From Candidatus Caldipriscus sp. (GTDB taxonomy: Bacteria; Hydrothermota; Hydrothermia; LBFQ01), in contig JBMSAP010000091.1 in NCBI GenBank assembly GCA_049414445.1, positions 1 through 56,137 on the forward strand: DNA of 56,137 nt, written 5' to 3'. The position numbers and the translations under genes are program-made. The notes beneath the pieces were generated by a model. The model saw only the letters and a list, made by a program, of their open reading frames with translations. It ran no database searches and was not told the origin of the DNA. The stretch's first letter is position 1; each line of letters opens with the position of its first letter. This document shows positions 29,159-38,466 of this stretch, piece by piece.

Positions 29159-30982
29159 ATGTTAAGCTTAACCTTATTATCTGCGATCACTTTTGGATTT
29201 AAGGCTTTTGGTGGATATCGCCCAAACGATATATTCGGTCCGGACCCTTACGGTTATAGGGCAATAACCTCCGACGATACATCATCTTTAAGGCCCGTTT
29301 GGAGATGGGTTGATAAATCCTCCGATCCTTCTACGGTTTATCTTATCATGTCCGACGATGATATTAAAGGTCCATTTTCCATAGGCTTCACCTTCCCATA
29401 TTACTGGTACTCCGTTTCAACGTTTTACATACACTCAAACGGGGCCATAAGTTTTCGCCCAAACGGTGGTTTTTGGACACCCCATGGCAATTACATACCA
29501 AACCCTTCCCTACCCAACGACCTAATAGCTGGGCTCGGTGCGGACCTTAATCCAAACTGCGGTGGCAGGATATACTACTGGACAAACGGTGTAGATTCCT
29601 TGGTTGTGACCTTTGATAGCGTTCCAACCTGGAGGCATGGGACGGATTGCGAGGGCGCTCACACTTTCCAGATAATATTAACCGCGGATGGGAATATAAC
29701 CTTCAATTACGGTCCCCAAGTTGGCGGGTACGATTACGGGATAGGGATGGTTAATATATCCATAGGGATAGAATCAGCAATTGGGAACCCGGGTTTAAGC
29801 ATACACGAGGATGGCTCACCCGCATCAACAAATCCAAGAAACAATTTTGCGATAAAGATCTACAGGCCCGATACAACTACATTTAGGATAGCGGATGCTT
29901 CCGCTCACTCAATATTTACGGATAAAACCAACCACGTTTTAAACTCGGGGATCTTTATTGCATACAACAGGGAAACATCCTTTATTCCCGACGTCAGGGT
30001 GGAGAATGTTGGAACGGATACCCTTTACAATACATGGGCCAAGCTCGTGATTAGAAGGAAATTTTCAAGCACCATCGTTTATTCGGATTCCGTTTTGATA
30101 CCCGTAATCCCACCCGGCGCGGTAGTTTCTCAAAACCTAAGAACCATAAACTTCTCAACTTTTGCCAGGGACTTTTACACCGCAATACTAACCGTTAGGA
30201 ATTCCTCGGATGCAAACCCCCTAAACAACACCCAAAACGTGGAAATAAGGCTTTACCATTGGACAAACCCCGACACCCTTTACTGGTTCAACTGGAACAT
30301 CTTAACAACCGGTAATATCCTCTTTACAAGATGGTTGGGTTCCGGAGGGGGATGGGCACAGAGGTTTGACCCAAGGCACTATCCCTTTAGGATAGATTCC
30401 GTTTGGCTTGTGGTTGCGGGTTGCATATCAACAAACCCAGCGTGCACGGGACCATTAAACACCCCAATGTTCATAGCAAGGGATACTAACGGAACGGTGG
30501 GAAGATGGATATATGCGGAAACCCTTGCGGTTTCAAGGGATAGCGCAAAGATATACACCCTAAGGCCCACAAGCCCTATAATAGTAAGCTTTCCCTTCTT
30601 CGTCGGATACATACAGGTTGATAGCCTTGGACCCTTGGTGGGTATGGACACATCAAAGCCTTATTCAAGGCAAACCTTTGAGTCAACGGATGGGATAAAC
30701 TGGGCGCCTTATAGGGAAAGCGAAGCATCCGACTTCGTTTTCGTCGTTTGGGGAAGGTCCTTAGAATCTACGGATATATCCGAAGGGAAGAATCTGCCAT
30801 TTAATCTGAGGATAACAGAAAAGGAGGTAATATTGCCTTACGTTATGAGGGTTAAGATCTACACCCCAGTGGGTAGGCTAATATTTGACGGTTTCGTAGA
30901 TAGGCTATCCTTTGAGAATTACCCGAAGGGGATATACTTCGTAAAGGTGGGGGATAGGATCATAAAGTTCATCAATAAATGA
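29159..30982 (+). CDS. Secreted multi-domain protein (nidogen-like N-region, CARDB/Ig-like module) with T9SS-like C-terminal domain
   Basis: GPDPYGY, DD...GPFSIGFTFPYY, SNG.ISF, TFQIIL..DG.I.F.Y; DANPLNN; tail VKIYTPVGR...PKGIYFVK...KF. Confidence 0.7.
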   Translation: MLSLTLLSAITFGFKAFGGYRPNDIFGPDPYGYRAITSDDTSSLRPVWRWVDKSSDPSTVYLIMSDDDIKGPFSIGFTFPYYWYSVSTFYIHSNGAISFRPNGGFWTPHGNYIPNPSLPNDLIAGLGADLNPNCGGRIYYWTNGVDSLVVTFDSVPTWRHGTDCEGAHTFQIILTADGNITFNYGPQVGGYDYGIGMVNISIGIESAIGNPGLSIHEDGSPASTNPRNNFAIKIYRPDTTTFRIADASAHSIFTDKTNHVLNSGIFIAYNRETSFIPDVRVENVGTDTLYNTWAKLVIRRKFSSTIVYSDSVLIPVIPPGAVVSQNLRTINFSTFARDFYTAILTVRNSSDANPLNNTQNVEIRLYHWTNPDTLYWFNWNILTTGNILFTRWLGSGGGWAQRFDPRHYPFRIDSVWLVVAGCISTNPACTGPLNTPMFIARDTNGTVGRWIYAETLAVSRDSAKIYTLRPTSPIIVSFPFFVGYIQVDSLGPLVGMDTSKPYSRQTFESTDGINWAPYRESEASDFVFVVWGRSLESTDISEGKNLPFNLRITEKEVILPYVMRVKIYTPVGRLIFDGFVDRLSFENYPKGIYFVKVGDRIIKFINK

Positions 30983-31809
30983 AGAGGGCTTTAGCGGTAT
31001 TAACAGCATTTTTGGCATGTAGGGATTTAGAATTTAAAAACGAGGTAAAGCCCCTTTACATAAGCGCCCTGCTTGTTGTTGGTGATACCGTGCAGTACAT
31101 TTTCGTGGATAGACCCAGGAAACCCGAAGAGCCTAGAGGGAAAGGGTTTAACGACGCGTACGTTGAGGTTTCGGATGGGGAAAGCACCTGGGTCTTTATG
31201 CCCGAGCTAACCGTGATAAATATCATCGGTGAATTCACACGAGAGAGAGGTAAGGATACGATTTGGCTATATAAGGCGAAGTTCTCGCCGAAACCCCTGA
31301 AACTTTACAAGCTAAAAGTTATAAGGGGTAAGGATACGGTTTTAGGTCAAACCCTAACACCCGACACCTTTTCCTTTATTCTACTCAAAATAAACCCAGA
31401 CAGTACCTTTTCCTTCATCAACGACACCGTAAATTTGCCTCAAGATTCTTCTGTCTTAGCGGTATGGAAGAAGGTTAGGGGGGGATACTTTTACTTCTGC
31501 TTCGTTTATAACCACGATAAGAGGGATAGCCTTCTCGATTACGATCCAAACAGGTACCTATTTGTCCCTGTTTTTGACAGCGCATTAGTGGGGGGAATAG
31601 GGGATAGTTTGAGGGCTTTTCTACCCTTCTACTACTATAGGGACCCTACCTTTTCTTGGGGAAGCGGGAATTACGCGGTGAAAATATGGGCTTTGAGTTA
31701 CGACAGGTTCAGGTGGGGGCTTTACGGTGAGGGTAATTTGGAGAAGGCAGAGGGGTTCTTCGGAGCCGTATCGCAAAGTGTAAGGGTTTTTCCTGTGAAG
31801 TTCAGATGA
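30979..31809 (+). CDS. Lipoprotein, DUF4249-like
   Basis: MKRALAVLTAFLAC lipobox; C-terminal GNL...GFFGA. Confidence 0.65.
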   Translation: MKRALAVLTAFLACRDLEFKNEVKPLYISALLVVGDTVQYIFVDRPRKPEEPRGKGFNDAYVEVSDGESTWVFMPELTVINIIGEFTRERGKDTIWLYKAKFSPKPLKLYKLKVIRGKDTVLGQTLTPDTFSFILLKINPDSTFSFINDTVNLPQDSSVLAVWKKVRGGYFYFCFVYNHDKRDSLLDYDPNRYLFVPVFDSALVGGIGDSLRAFLPFYYYRDPTFSWGSGNYAVKIWALSYDRFRWGLYGEGNLEKAEGFFGAVSQSVRVFPVKFR

Positions 31810-32789
31810 TAAACAACATTAAGGGTTTTGTTGAGCAGTTGAATTACGACGCGGAGGTTTTTGGGAATAGTTTTGAATATTCGGGTAAGAGGATTTTCAT
31901 ATCCGGGATGGGGGGATCTGGGGCTGTGGCGGACCTCCTTTCGGATTGGCTTGATGGGGAGATTATACCGGTAAAGGGTTATAACCTGCCGGCCTTTGCG
32001 GAAAATGGGGATCTCGGGATATTCGTATCTTATTCGGGAAATACTGAGGAGACTTTGTCGGTTTTGGATAAGGCTCTAAGGAGGGGGTTAAAATGTATTT
32101 GTATCTCATCGGGAGGAGCGCTTGAGGAGATAGCAAGGGATAGGGGCTTATTGTTCTTGAAGGTTCCAAGTGGATTTCAACCCAGGGAAGCTTACGGGTT
32201 TTTAATATCGGCGGTTGTTAAGGCTCTAAAGATCGTAGGTTATCTAAGCGAAGATGCTCAAAGGGAGTATTCATCGGCGGTTGGGAAACTATCCAACTAC
32301 CTTCCCGAGCTTTCCTCCGAGGATTCCAAAACATACGAGGTCGCGGGAAAGCTTTACAGGAGGATCCCATTAATTTATTCGCAGTTTTATTCCGTTGCGG
32401 TAAGGTGGAAGAACCAAATAAACGAGAATGCCAAGAACTTCGCGCATATTTCAATATTTCCTGAGCATAACCATAACGAGATAGAAGGGTTTGAATTCCC
32501 GGATTTCCTTAAGGATAAGGCTTGGATAATCTTCCTCAGGACGGACTTTGACCATGGTAGGGTAAAGCTTAGGATGGAGGTGGTGAAGGAGATATTGAGG
32601 GAGGAGGTGGTGGGGATCTCGGAGGTATGGGCTAAGGGTGAAAGTAAGCTGGAGCAGATACTGTACCTAATATGGTTCGGGGACTTTGTGAGTTATTGGC
32701 TTGCCTTGATGAATTCCACCGACCCTTACAGGATAGACAGGATAAATTCATTAAAGGAACGCCTTAAAATACACACTTCGGGCGGTTAG
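31806..32789 (+). CDS. Bifunctional phosphoglucose/phosphomannose isomerase (PGI/PMI, SIS family)
   Basis: GMGGSG, SYSGNTEET, SSGG.L, QPR, RWKNQINENAK, PEHNHNEIEG, GDFVS..LA. Confidence 0.93.
   Translation: MINNIKGFVEQLNYDAEVFGNSFEYSGKRIFISGMGGSGAVADLLSDWLDGEIIPVKGYNLPAFAENGDLGIFVSYSGNTEETLSVLDKALRRGLKCICISSGGALEEIARDRGLLFLKVPSGFQPREAYGFLISAVVKALKIVGYLSEDAQREYSSAVGKLSNYLPELSSEDSKTYEVAGKLYRRIPLIYSQFYSVAVRWKNQINENAKNFAHISIFPEHNHNEIEGFEFPDFLKDKAWIIFLRTDFDHGRVKLRMEVVKEILREEVVGISEVWAKGESKLEQILYLIWFGDFVSYWLALMNSTDPYRIDRINSLKERLKIHTSGG
32765..32770 (+). promoter_or_regulatory. -10 box for tRNA-Val, inside the PGI/PMI 3' end
   Basis: CCT-TAAAAT, 9 nt before tRNA position 1. Confidence 0.6.
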
Positions 32790-32852
32790 CTCAGCGGTGA
32801 GAGCACCGGTCTTACAAACCGGGGGTCGGGGGTTCGAATCCTCCACCGCCCA
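32780..32852 (+). tRNA. tRNA-Val(TAC), CCA not encoded
   Basis: Acceptor GGGCGGT/ACCGCCC, D-arm GCTC/GAGC, anticodon arm CCGGT-CTTACAA-ACCGG, GGTTCGAATCC; discriminator A 32852 followed by CTT. Confidence 0.96.
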
Positions 32853-32853
32853 C

Positions 32854-33123
32854 TTGAAGCTTGAGGTTGATAAAAAAGCGCTGGAATTTATAAGGGAGAA
32901 AGGGGGGAGGGTTTGGATAAAAACCGCCTGCGTTTCAAGTTGCTGTGGGATAGAGGGGTTTGAACCTCAATTTTCCTTTAAGGAAGAGGTGGGAGAATAC
33001 GAAGAGTTTGAGGTTGATGGGGTGAAAATTTATATCCATATGGGAGCTTTAAGGTTCAGGAAGCTTGCAATTTTGCTTCAGAAGGTTTTAGGATATAAGA
33101 GCTTAATTGGGTACTTCGCTTAA
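32854..33123 (+). CDS. Small HesB/IscA-like or CC-motif family protein
   Basis: From TTG 32854: MKLEVDKKALEFIREKGG..CVSSCCG..P....EEFEVDGVKIYI; the 5' part of track ORF 32797 lies inside the tRNA. Confidence 0.7.
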   Translation: MKLEVDKKALEFIREKGGRVWIKTACVSSCCGIEGFEPQFSFKEEVGEYEEFEVDGVKIYIHMGALRFRKLAILLQKVLGYKSLIGYFA

Positions 33124-34302
33124 CCTCTTTGATATCACCCCCACGCACACCATCAAAACTGCTATGTGGATGTAGTATATTAGGGAGGATGTGGTAAAGG
33201 ATAGTATAAGAAGGGATACGAAAAGTAGTAGGGTGAAGAAGGCGAAGTCGTATTTCATCAAGACCCCCCTAATTACGATGTAAAAAGAGTATGAGAGCAT
33301 AAGGGTATAAACGCCAAAACCGAATAACCCCATCTTCCAAAGGACGTTTATAAAGGAGTTATCAACGAAGAATAGGGTGCTTCCCTCTATCCACCTCGTT
33401 AAGATATCCATCTCCGCCCTACCGAAGGCTGGGCTTAATGAGAACCTGTTAAGGGCTAAGGAGAAATCGTAAGCCCTTATTTGGGCGGAAGGGTCGGTAA
33501 GGGTTTCATGGGGGAAAAGTAAGGTTGAAAACCTTGAGAAAACGTACAGCAAAAATGCCTTTCCGAACATAATATAACCGAAGGAGAGGCCCAAAATTAT
33601 GGTGATGGTGAAGGAGATGAGAATAACGGAGGACTGTTTTAAAATACTTTCCCCCTTGTACCACCTATAGAAAACGAGGAGAAGGAGTATAGCAAAAACC
33701 ACTATATAATTTGTCCTATTCCCACCCAAAATAATCACCGCCACGGATAAGAGAATGGATATGAGATAAAGGAGCCTTTTATAAAGTTTCCTCTCGTCGG
33801 ATATAAGGTATAGGGAGATCCCCAAGATAGTTGGGGTAAAGAAGGCGTTCCTGTATCCAAAGCGGAAAGTTGGATTGTACTCCTTAAACATATCAACAAG
33901 GACCTCCGAGAATATGAAGAATACCGAAAAAACGAATAGAGGTGGGATCCATCTTGACAGGACTTTAAAGTTCGCAAATAGCCCCAAAAAGTAAGCCAAA
34001 TAAAAGTATGGGATAAGCATGTGCTCGTTTCCAAAAATTTTCCTGCCAAAAGCTAGAGCCGAAATTAGGGAAAACGTGTGGGTTAAGGCGAAGGCGATTA
34101 TGAGATTACTTAATATGGGATCCGCTTTTGGGAATTTTGAGTAAGCAAGGTTTAACGCGATCCCCAAAAATGTTAAAAGGAGCATAAAGTAAACTACAAG
34201 AACCGCCCTATAACCGAAGGCTTCGGATGGATGTGGGTTTATAATCCCCAAAAATAGAACGGTTAAAGGTATTAAGTTTTCAACTCGTCGTAAGTCCCCC
34301 AT
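33103..34302 (-). CDS. O-antigen ligase/polymerase-like membrane protein
   Basis: Many TMs; GGNRT, S..IR, VDNSF...LWKMG..G. Confidence 0.7.
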   Translation of the reverse strand: MGDLRRVENLIPLTVLFLGIINPHPSEAFGYRAVLVVYFMLLLTFLGIALNLAYSKFPKADPILSNLIIAFALTHTFSLISALAFGRKIFGNEHMLIPYFYLAYFLGLFANFKVLSRWIPPLFVFSVFFIFSEVLVDMFKEYNPTFRFGYRNAFFTPTILGISLYLISDERKLYKRLLYLISILLSVAVIILGGNRTNYIVVFAILLLLVFYRWYKGESILKQSSVILISFTITIILGLSFGYIMFGKAFLLYVFSRFSTLLFPHETLTDPSAQIRAYDFSLALNRFSLSPAFGRAEMDILTRWIEGSTLFFVDNSFINVLWKMGLFGFGVYTLMLSYSFYIVIRGVLMKYDFAFFTLLLFVSLLILSFTTSSLIYYIHIAVLMVCVGVISKRLSEVPN

Positions 34303-35852
34303 ACCTCCCTAAGGGTGTCAGAGATCTCACCGAGGGTTGCCCCCTCCTTTGCGCACTCAAATATATAAGGCATAAGATTTTCCGATCCCTTCGCCTTTTC
34401 CTTTAGTGTCCTTAGCGCCTCCAAAAATCCCTTACCCCTCCTGTTCTTATATTCCCTAACCCTCCTCTTCTGCTCCTCCTGTACCTCCTCCGACAAACTG
34501 AAGAGATCAATTTTTTGCGGTTCCTCGGAAGTTCTGAAAATGTTCACCCCCACTATTAACCTCTCCCCCCTCTCCACCTCGGTTTGGTACCTGTAAGCGC
34601 TCTCTTCTATCTCCCTTTGGAAGTACCCCATTTTCACCGCCTCAACCGCCCCTCCCATAGCCTCTATTTTTTCCAGATACTCCCAAACCCTCTCCTCTAT
34701 TTCCCTAGTAAGACTCTCAACAAAATATGAACCCGCAAGGGGATCGACGGTATCCGGAATATCGGTCTCGTAAGCGATTATCTGCTGTGTCCTTAGGGCC
34801 ACTAAAACTGAAGTTTCGGTGGGCAAGGATAGAGCCTCGTCGTAAGAGTTGGTGTGAAGGGATTGACAGCCACCCAATATCGCCGCGATCGCCTCTATGG
34901 TTGTTCTTATTATGTTATTTAAGGGTTCCTGGGCGGTTAGCGAAGAACCCGCGGTCTGGACATGGTACCTTAATATCATACTCCTGGGGTTTTTCGCCTT
35001 AAAGCGATCCTTTATTATCCTGTACCATATTCTCCTTGCTGCCCTGAACTTGGCTATTTCCTCAAAGAAGTTTATTTGCGCGTTGAAAAAGAAGGAAAGG
35101 CGGGGGGCAAACTCGTCTATATCTATTCCCCTTTTAAGAACCTCCTCCACGTACGCTATCGCATCCGCGAACGTGAAGGCGAGCTCCTGAACGGAATTCG
35201 CCCCAGCCTCCCTATAGTGATAACCCGATATGGATATTGGGTTCCATTTCGGCATATACTTTGCCGTGAATTCTATAAGGTCCCCCACAAGGCGCATTGA
35301 TGGTTCCACGGGGTATATGTAATTTCCCCTCGCCGCGAACTCCTTAAGTATATCGTTCTGAACGGTCCCCGATAGCTTCTCCCTCCTTGAACCCTTCCCT
35401 TCCGCAACGATGGTGTAAAATGCCAAGATAATACCCGCCGTTGCGTTTATGGTCATGGAAGTTGATACCGCTTCCTGATCTATACCCTCAAAGACCTGCG
35501 CCATATCCTCCAAGGTGGAAATAGAGACCCCCGTCCTTCCAACCTCCCCCTCCGCCATGGGGTGATCCGCATCGTAGCCGAGCTGGGTGGGTAGGTCAAA
35601 CGCCAAGGATAGTCCGGTCTGTCCCTGTGAAAGGAGGTACTTGAATCTCTCGTTTGTTTGCTTGGCGGTCCCATATCCCGCGTACTGCCTCATTGTCCAT
35701 AGCCTTCCCCTGTACATATTTGGATATATACCCCTGGTGAACGGTGGATTTCCGGGAAGACCCAGATCCCTTTCCGGATCAAGATCCTTAAGGTCTTCTT
35801 GGGTATAAACTTCCTTTATGGGAAGGCCGAAGGTGGTTTCAAACTTTTTCAT
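34272..35852 (-). CDS. Methylmalonyl-CoA mutase catalytic (large) subunit without B12-binding domain
   Basis: PG.PPFTRG.YP.MY..R.WTMRQYAG, GLS.AFDLPTQ.GYD, GTVQNDILKEF..RG, ISISGYH.REAG, QSLHTNSYDEAL; Tyr and Arg at the usual methylmalonyl-CoA specificity positions. Confidence 0.93.
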   Translation of the reverse strand: MKKFETTFGLPIKEVYTQEDLKDLDPERDLGLPGNPPFTRGIYPNMYRGRLWTMRQYAGYGTAKQTNERFKYLLSQGQTGLSLAFDLPTQLGYDADHPMAEGEVGRTGVSISTLEDMAQVFEGIDQEAVSTSMTINATAGIILAFYTIVAEGKGSRREKLSGTVQNDILKEFAARGNYIYPVEPSMRLVGDLIEFTAKYMPKWNPISISGYHYREAGANSVQELAFTFADAIAYVEEVLKRGIDIDEFAPRLSFFFNAQINFFEEIAKFRAARRIWYRIIKDRFKAKNPRSMILRYHVQTAGSSLTAQEPLNNIIRTTIEAIAAILGGCQSLHTNSYDEALSLPTETSVLVALRTQQIIAYETDIPDTVDPLAGSYFVESLTREIEERVWEYLEKIEAMGGAVEAVKMGYFQREIEESAYRYQTEVERGERLIVGVNIFRTSEEPQKIDLFSLSEEVQEEQKRRVREYKNRRGKGFLEALRTLKEKAKGSENLMPYIFECAKEGATLGEISDTLREVWGTYDELKT

Positions 35853-36793
35853 AGGAAGAGCTGGCTAACGGAACCACCCCTGTGGATCCTCCTAATTGCC
35901 TCCGCGAGAAATTGGGATATATCAAGGACCACGAACTTTGAGGGTAGATCATAGCGTTGGCTTATGGTATTGGTTACCACCACCCTTTCCGCAGGGCATT
36001 TTTCAAGTTTTTCTATGGCGTTCCCAGAAAATAGCCCATGGGTAGCCATAATTATTATCCTTTTTGCCCCTTCCTCCTTTAGTGCGTAAGCGGCGTTTGA
36101 TATGGTCGTCGCGGTATCTATTATATCGTCTATGAGGAGGACGTTTTTACCCTTGACATCCCCTATTACCCTTACAACCTCAGCAACGTTGGGTTTAGGT
36201 CTCCTCTTGTCTATTAATGCTATGGGCAAATTCCAAAGTTTCTCCGCTGTAGTCCTCGCCCTCTTTATTCCCCCCACATCCGGCGATACTATGATCCACT
36301 CATCCGGATTTAAACCCATGGGGAACTCGGAAAGTAAGTATTTTTTGAAAATTGGTGTTGCATAAAGGTTATCAACCGGAATATCAAAGAAACCCTGTAT
36401 CTGGTCTGCATGAAGATCAACGGTTAGGACCCTATCAAAGCCCGCGCTCTCAATCAACTTGGCTATAAGCTTTGCGGATATTGGGACCCTCGGCTTATCC
36501 TTCCTGTCCTGACGGGCATAACCGAAATACGGTATAACAGCGGTAATCCTTGCGGCGGACGCCCTCTTGGCAGCATCACCGAGGAGTAAAAGCTCCAAGA
36601 TGTTCTCCGCAGGCGGATTTGTGGATTGAACTATGAATACATCATCCCCCCTAACGCTCTCATCTATCTGAACAAAGAGCTCTCCATCAGAGAATCTAAT
36701 AACCGAATGTTTGGTTATCTCTATCCCAAGTTCTTCACAAATTCCAGCCATTAAATCCTTATTCGAGTTTCCACCCAAAACCTTTATCTCCAA
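35849..36793 (-). CDS. prs: Ribose-phosphate pyrophosphokinase
   Basis: FSDGE, ESVRG.DVF, PYFGYARQDRK, DLHA.QIQGFF, VSPD.GG..RA, DDIIDTA.T; TTG start. Confidence 0.97.
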   Translation of the reverse strand: MEIKVLGGNSNKDLMAGICEELGIEITKHSVIRFSDGELFVQIDESVRGDDVFIVQSTNPPAENILELLLLGDAAKRASAARITAVIPYFGYARQDRKDKPRVPISAKLIAKLIESAGFDRVLTVDLHADQIQGFFDIPVDNLYATPIFKKYLLSEFPMGLNPDEWIIVSPDVGGIKRARTTAEKLWNLPIALIDKRRPKPNVAEVVRVIGDVKGKNVLLIDDIIDTATTISNAAYALKEEGAKRIIIMATHGLFSGNAIEKLEKCPAERVVVTNTISQRYDLPSKFVVLDISQFLAEAIRRIHRGGSVSQLFL

Positions 36794-36794
36794 A

Positions 36795-36881
36795 CGGAGA
36801 GGGTGGGATTTGAACCCACGAGGGGCTTACGCCCCTACGCGATTTCGAATCGCGCCCCTTCGGCCGCTCGGGCACCTCTCC
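36795..36881 (-). tRNA. tRNA-Ser(CGA), long variable arm, CCA not encoded
   Basis: Reverse complement GGAGAGGTGCCCGAGCGGCCGAAGGGGCGCGATTCGAAATCGCGTAGGGGCGTAAGCCCCTCGTGGGTTCAAATCCCACCCTCTCCG; anticodon CGA; discriminator G followed by TTT. Confidence 0.96.
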
Positions 36882-36892
36882 GTAAGGGGAAA

Positions 36893-36898
36893 ATTTTA
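36893..36898 (-). promoter_or_regulatory. -10 box for the tRNA-Ser-prs unit
   Basis: CCT-TAAAAT on minus strand, 11 nt before tRNA position 1. Confidence 0.62.
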
Positions 36899-36906
36899 AG
36901 GTCGGT

Positions 36907-38397
36907 TTAACCGTAAAACCTCTCCACCTTTCCCCTTAGATAATCCAATAAGTATTCCGATTTTATCTCCTCACCCGTCACTTCTTTTATAAGCTCCTTG
37001 GTTTTGTAAAGGGAACCCTTGGAATAGATCTTGTGTTTTAGCCAAAGTATGATGGGTTCAAACTCTCCCCTTTCCACAAGCTCATAAACCGGTAATTCCT
37101 CCTTCATCTTTGCAAAGATCTGGGCGGAGATTATGTTCCCGAGGGTGTACGTTGGGAAATATCCGAAGGAACCCCCATACCAGTGTACATCTTGCAAAAC
37201 ACCCTCGGAGTGGTTCTTGGGATAAAAGCCGAAGAGGTTCTTGAATTTTTCGTTCCAGAGTTCGGGAAGCTCATCCACATCAAATTTCCCGTTTATAACA
37301 TCCATCTCTATCTCAAACCTCAATATTATGTGGAGATTGTATGTAAGTTCGTCCGCCTCTATCCTTATGGTTGAAGGTTTCACCTCGTTTATAGCAAAGA
37401 GGAAACCCTCAAGGTCTATATTCGCGAAGTGTTCAAAGTGCCTTTGGAGATCCGGGTAAAACCTCCTCCAAAACGCCTCGCTCCTTCCTATTATGTTCTC
37501 CCAAAACCTCGATTGGGATTCGTGGACGGATAGGGATACCGCTCTACCCACGGGTTCTCCCCACATATCCTCCGGCAGGTTCATATCGTAAAGTCCATGC
37601 CCCATCTCGTGTAAGGTTCCAAATATGGAGGGAGAAATAAATTCTTCTTCGTACTTCGTGGTTATCCTTACGTCGTTGGGTGTTATGCGGGTCTCAAAGG
37701 GGTGAATCGTCTCATCAAGCCTTCCCCTCCCGAAGTCGTACCCTATACTCCTCAAAAGGTATTTACAAAACTCCGCCTGTTTATCCTTTGGGAAATTTCC
37801 CCTCAAGAGGTCTTCCTTTGAAGCCTTCCCCGAGGAAAGTACCCTATCCAAAAGCTTAAGGGTCTCTTCTTTTAGATGGGAAAAGACCCCCTCAACTTCC
37901 TCGGCCTTAAGATTCGGCTCGTAAGAATCCAAAAGGGCGTTGTACCTTTCCCCTTCGTATCCCAAAGCATCCGCTATTTCCCTCTTTATCTCGACTATCC
38001 TTTTTATGTACGGTTTTATAAGTTCAAAGTCCCCCGTCTCTTTCGCCTCCACCCATACGTTCTCGCTTTCACTTGATACCCTCGCCTCTTCAATCGCGAG
38101 TTCTTTCGGGATCTTCCTCAACCTTTCGTGCGCCCTCTTCCACCAGTAAATGTTCATCCTCTCCCTCAAGCCGAATTCCCCTTTCTCAGCAATTTCAAGC
38201 ATTTCACCGAACTTATCCGATGTTAAAACTTCATACGTGTATTCCCTCAAAACCGCAAATTGCATAGCCCTATATTTCCCCGCATACTTCGGCATATACG
38301 TCCTCTGGTCCCAGCCCAAGAGTGCCCCAAAGGATGAAAATACGGTTAGCCTGCGGGATATGTTTAAAAGTTCGTTATACGCTTCTATCGGTCTCAT
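36907..38397 (-). CDS. Carboxypeptidase Taq (peptidase M32)
   Basis: WDQ.T.MP, HPF, DVRITT, HEMGH, HESQSRFWEN, IR.EADE.TY..H, G.LQDVHW..G..GYFPTY; likely start ATG 38397. Confidence 0.95.
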   Translation of the reverse strand: MRPIEAYNELLNISRRLTVFSSFGALLGWDQRTYMPKYAGKYRAMQFAVLREYTYEVLTSDKFGEMLEIAEKGEFGLRERMNIYWWKRAHERLRKIPKELAIEEARVSSESENVWVEAKETGDFELIKPYIKRIVEIKREIADALGYEGERYNALLDSYEPNLKAEEVEGVFSHLKEETLKLLDRVLSSGKASKEDLLRGNFPKDKQAEFCKYLLRSIGYDFGRGRLDETIHPFETRITPNDVRITTKYEEEFISPSIFGTLHEMGHGLYDMNLPEDMWGEPVGRAVSLSVHESQSRFWENIIGRSEAFWRRFYPDLQRHFEHFANIDLEGFLFAINEVKPSTIRIEADELTYNLHIILRFEIEMDVINGKFDVDELPELWNEKFKNLFGFYPKNHSEGVLQDVHWYGGSFGYFPTYTLGNIISAQIFAKMKEELPVYELVERGEFEPIILWLKHKIYSKGSLYKTKELIKEVTGEEIKSEYLLDYLRGKVERFYG

Positions 38398-38405
38398 AGT
38401 AGGGT

Positions 38406-38458
38406 ATTGTAAGGTGTGATGGGTTTTTGAACGATCGTTCAAGAACCACCCTTAGAAT
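38406..38458. promoter_or_regulatory. Divergent -10 boxes for M32 peptidase (-) and RND adaptor (+)
   Basis: CCT-TACAAT (minus, 38406-38411) and CCT-TAGAAT (38453-38458), each 8 nt before ATG. Confidence 0.68.
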
Positions 38459-38466
38459 ACCCGAGT

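Noticed and set aside
32797-32853. N-terminal extension MRAPVLQTGGRGFESSTAH of the track ORF
   Set aside because: It is the translation of tRNA-Val
32780-36881. Integrated element between the two tRNAs
   Set aside because: No integrase and no duplicated tRNA 3' end; the enclosed genes include core prs and mutase
36711-36899. 62-aa plus-strand ORF
   Set aside because: Antisense to tRNA-Ser and prs; RRGWDLNPR is a typical antisense-tRNA artefact
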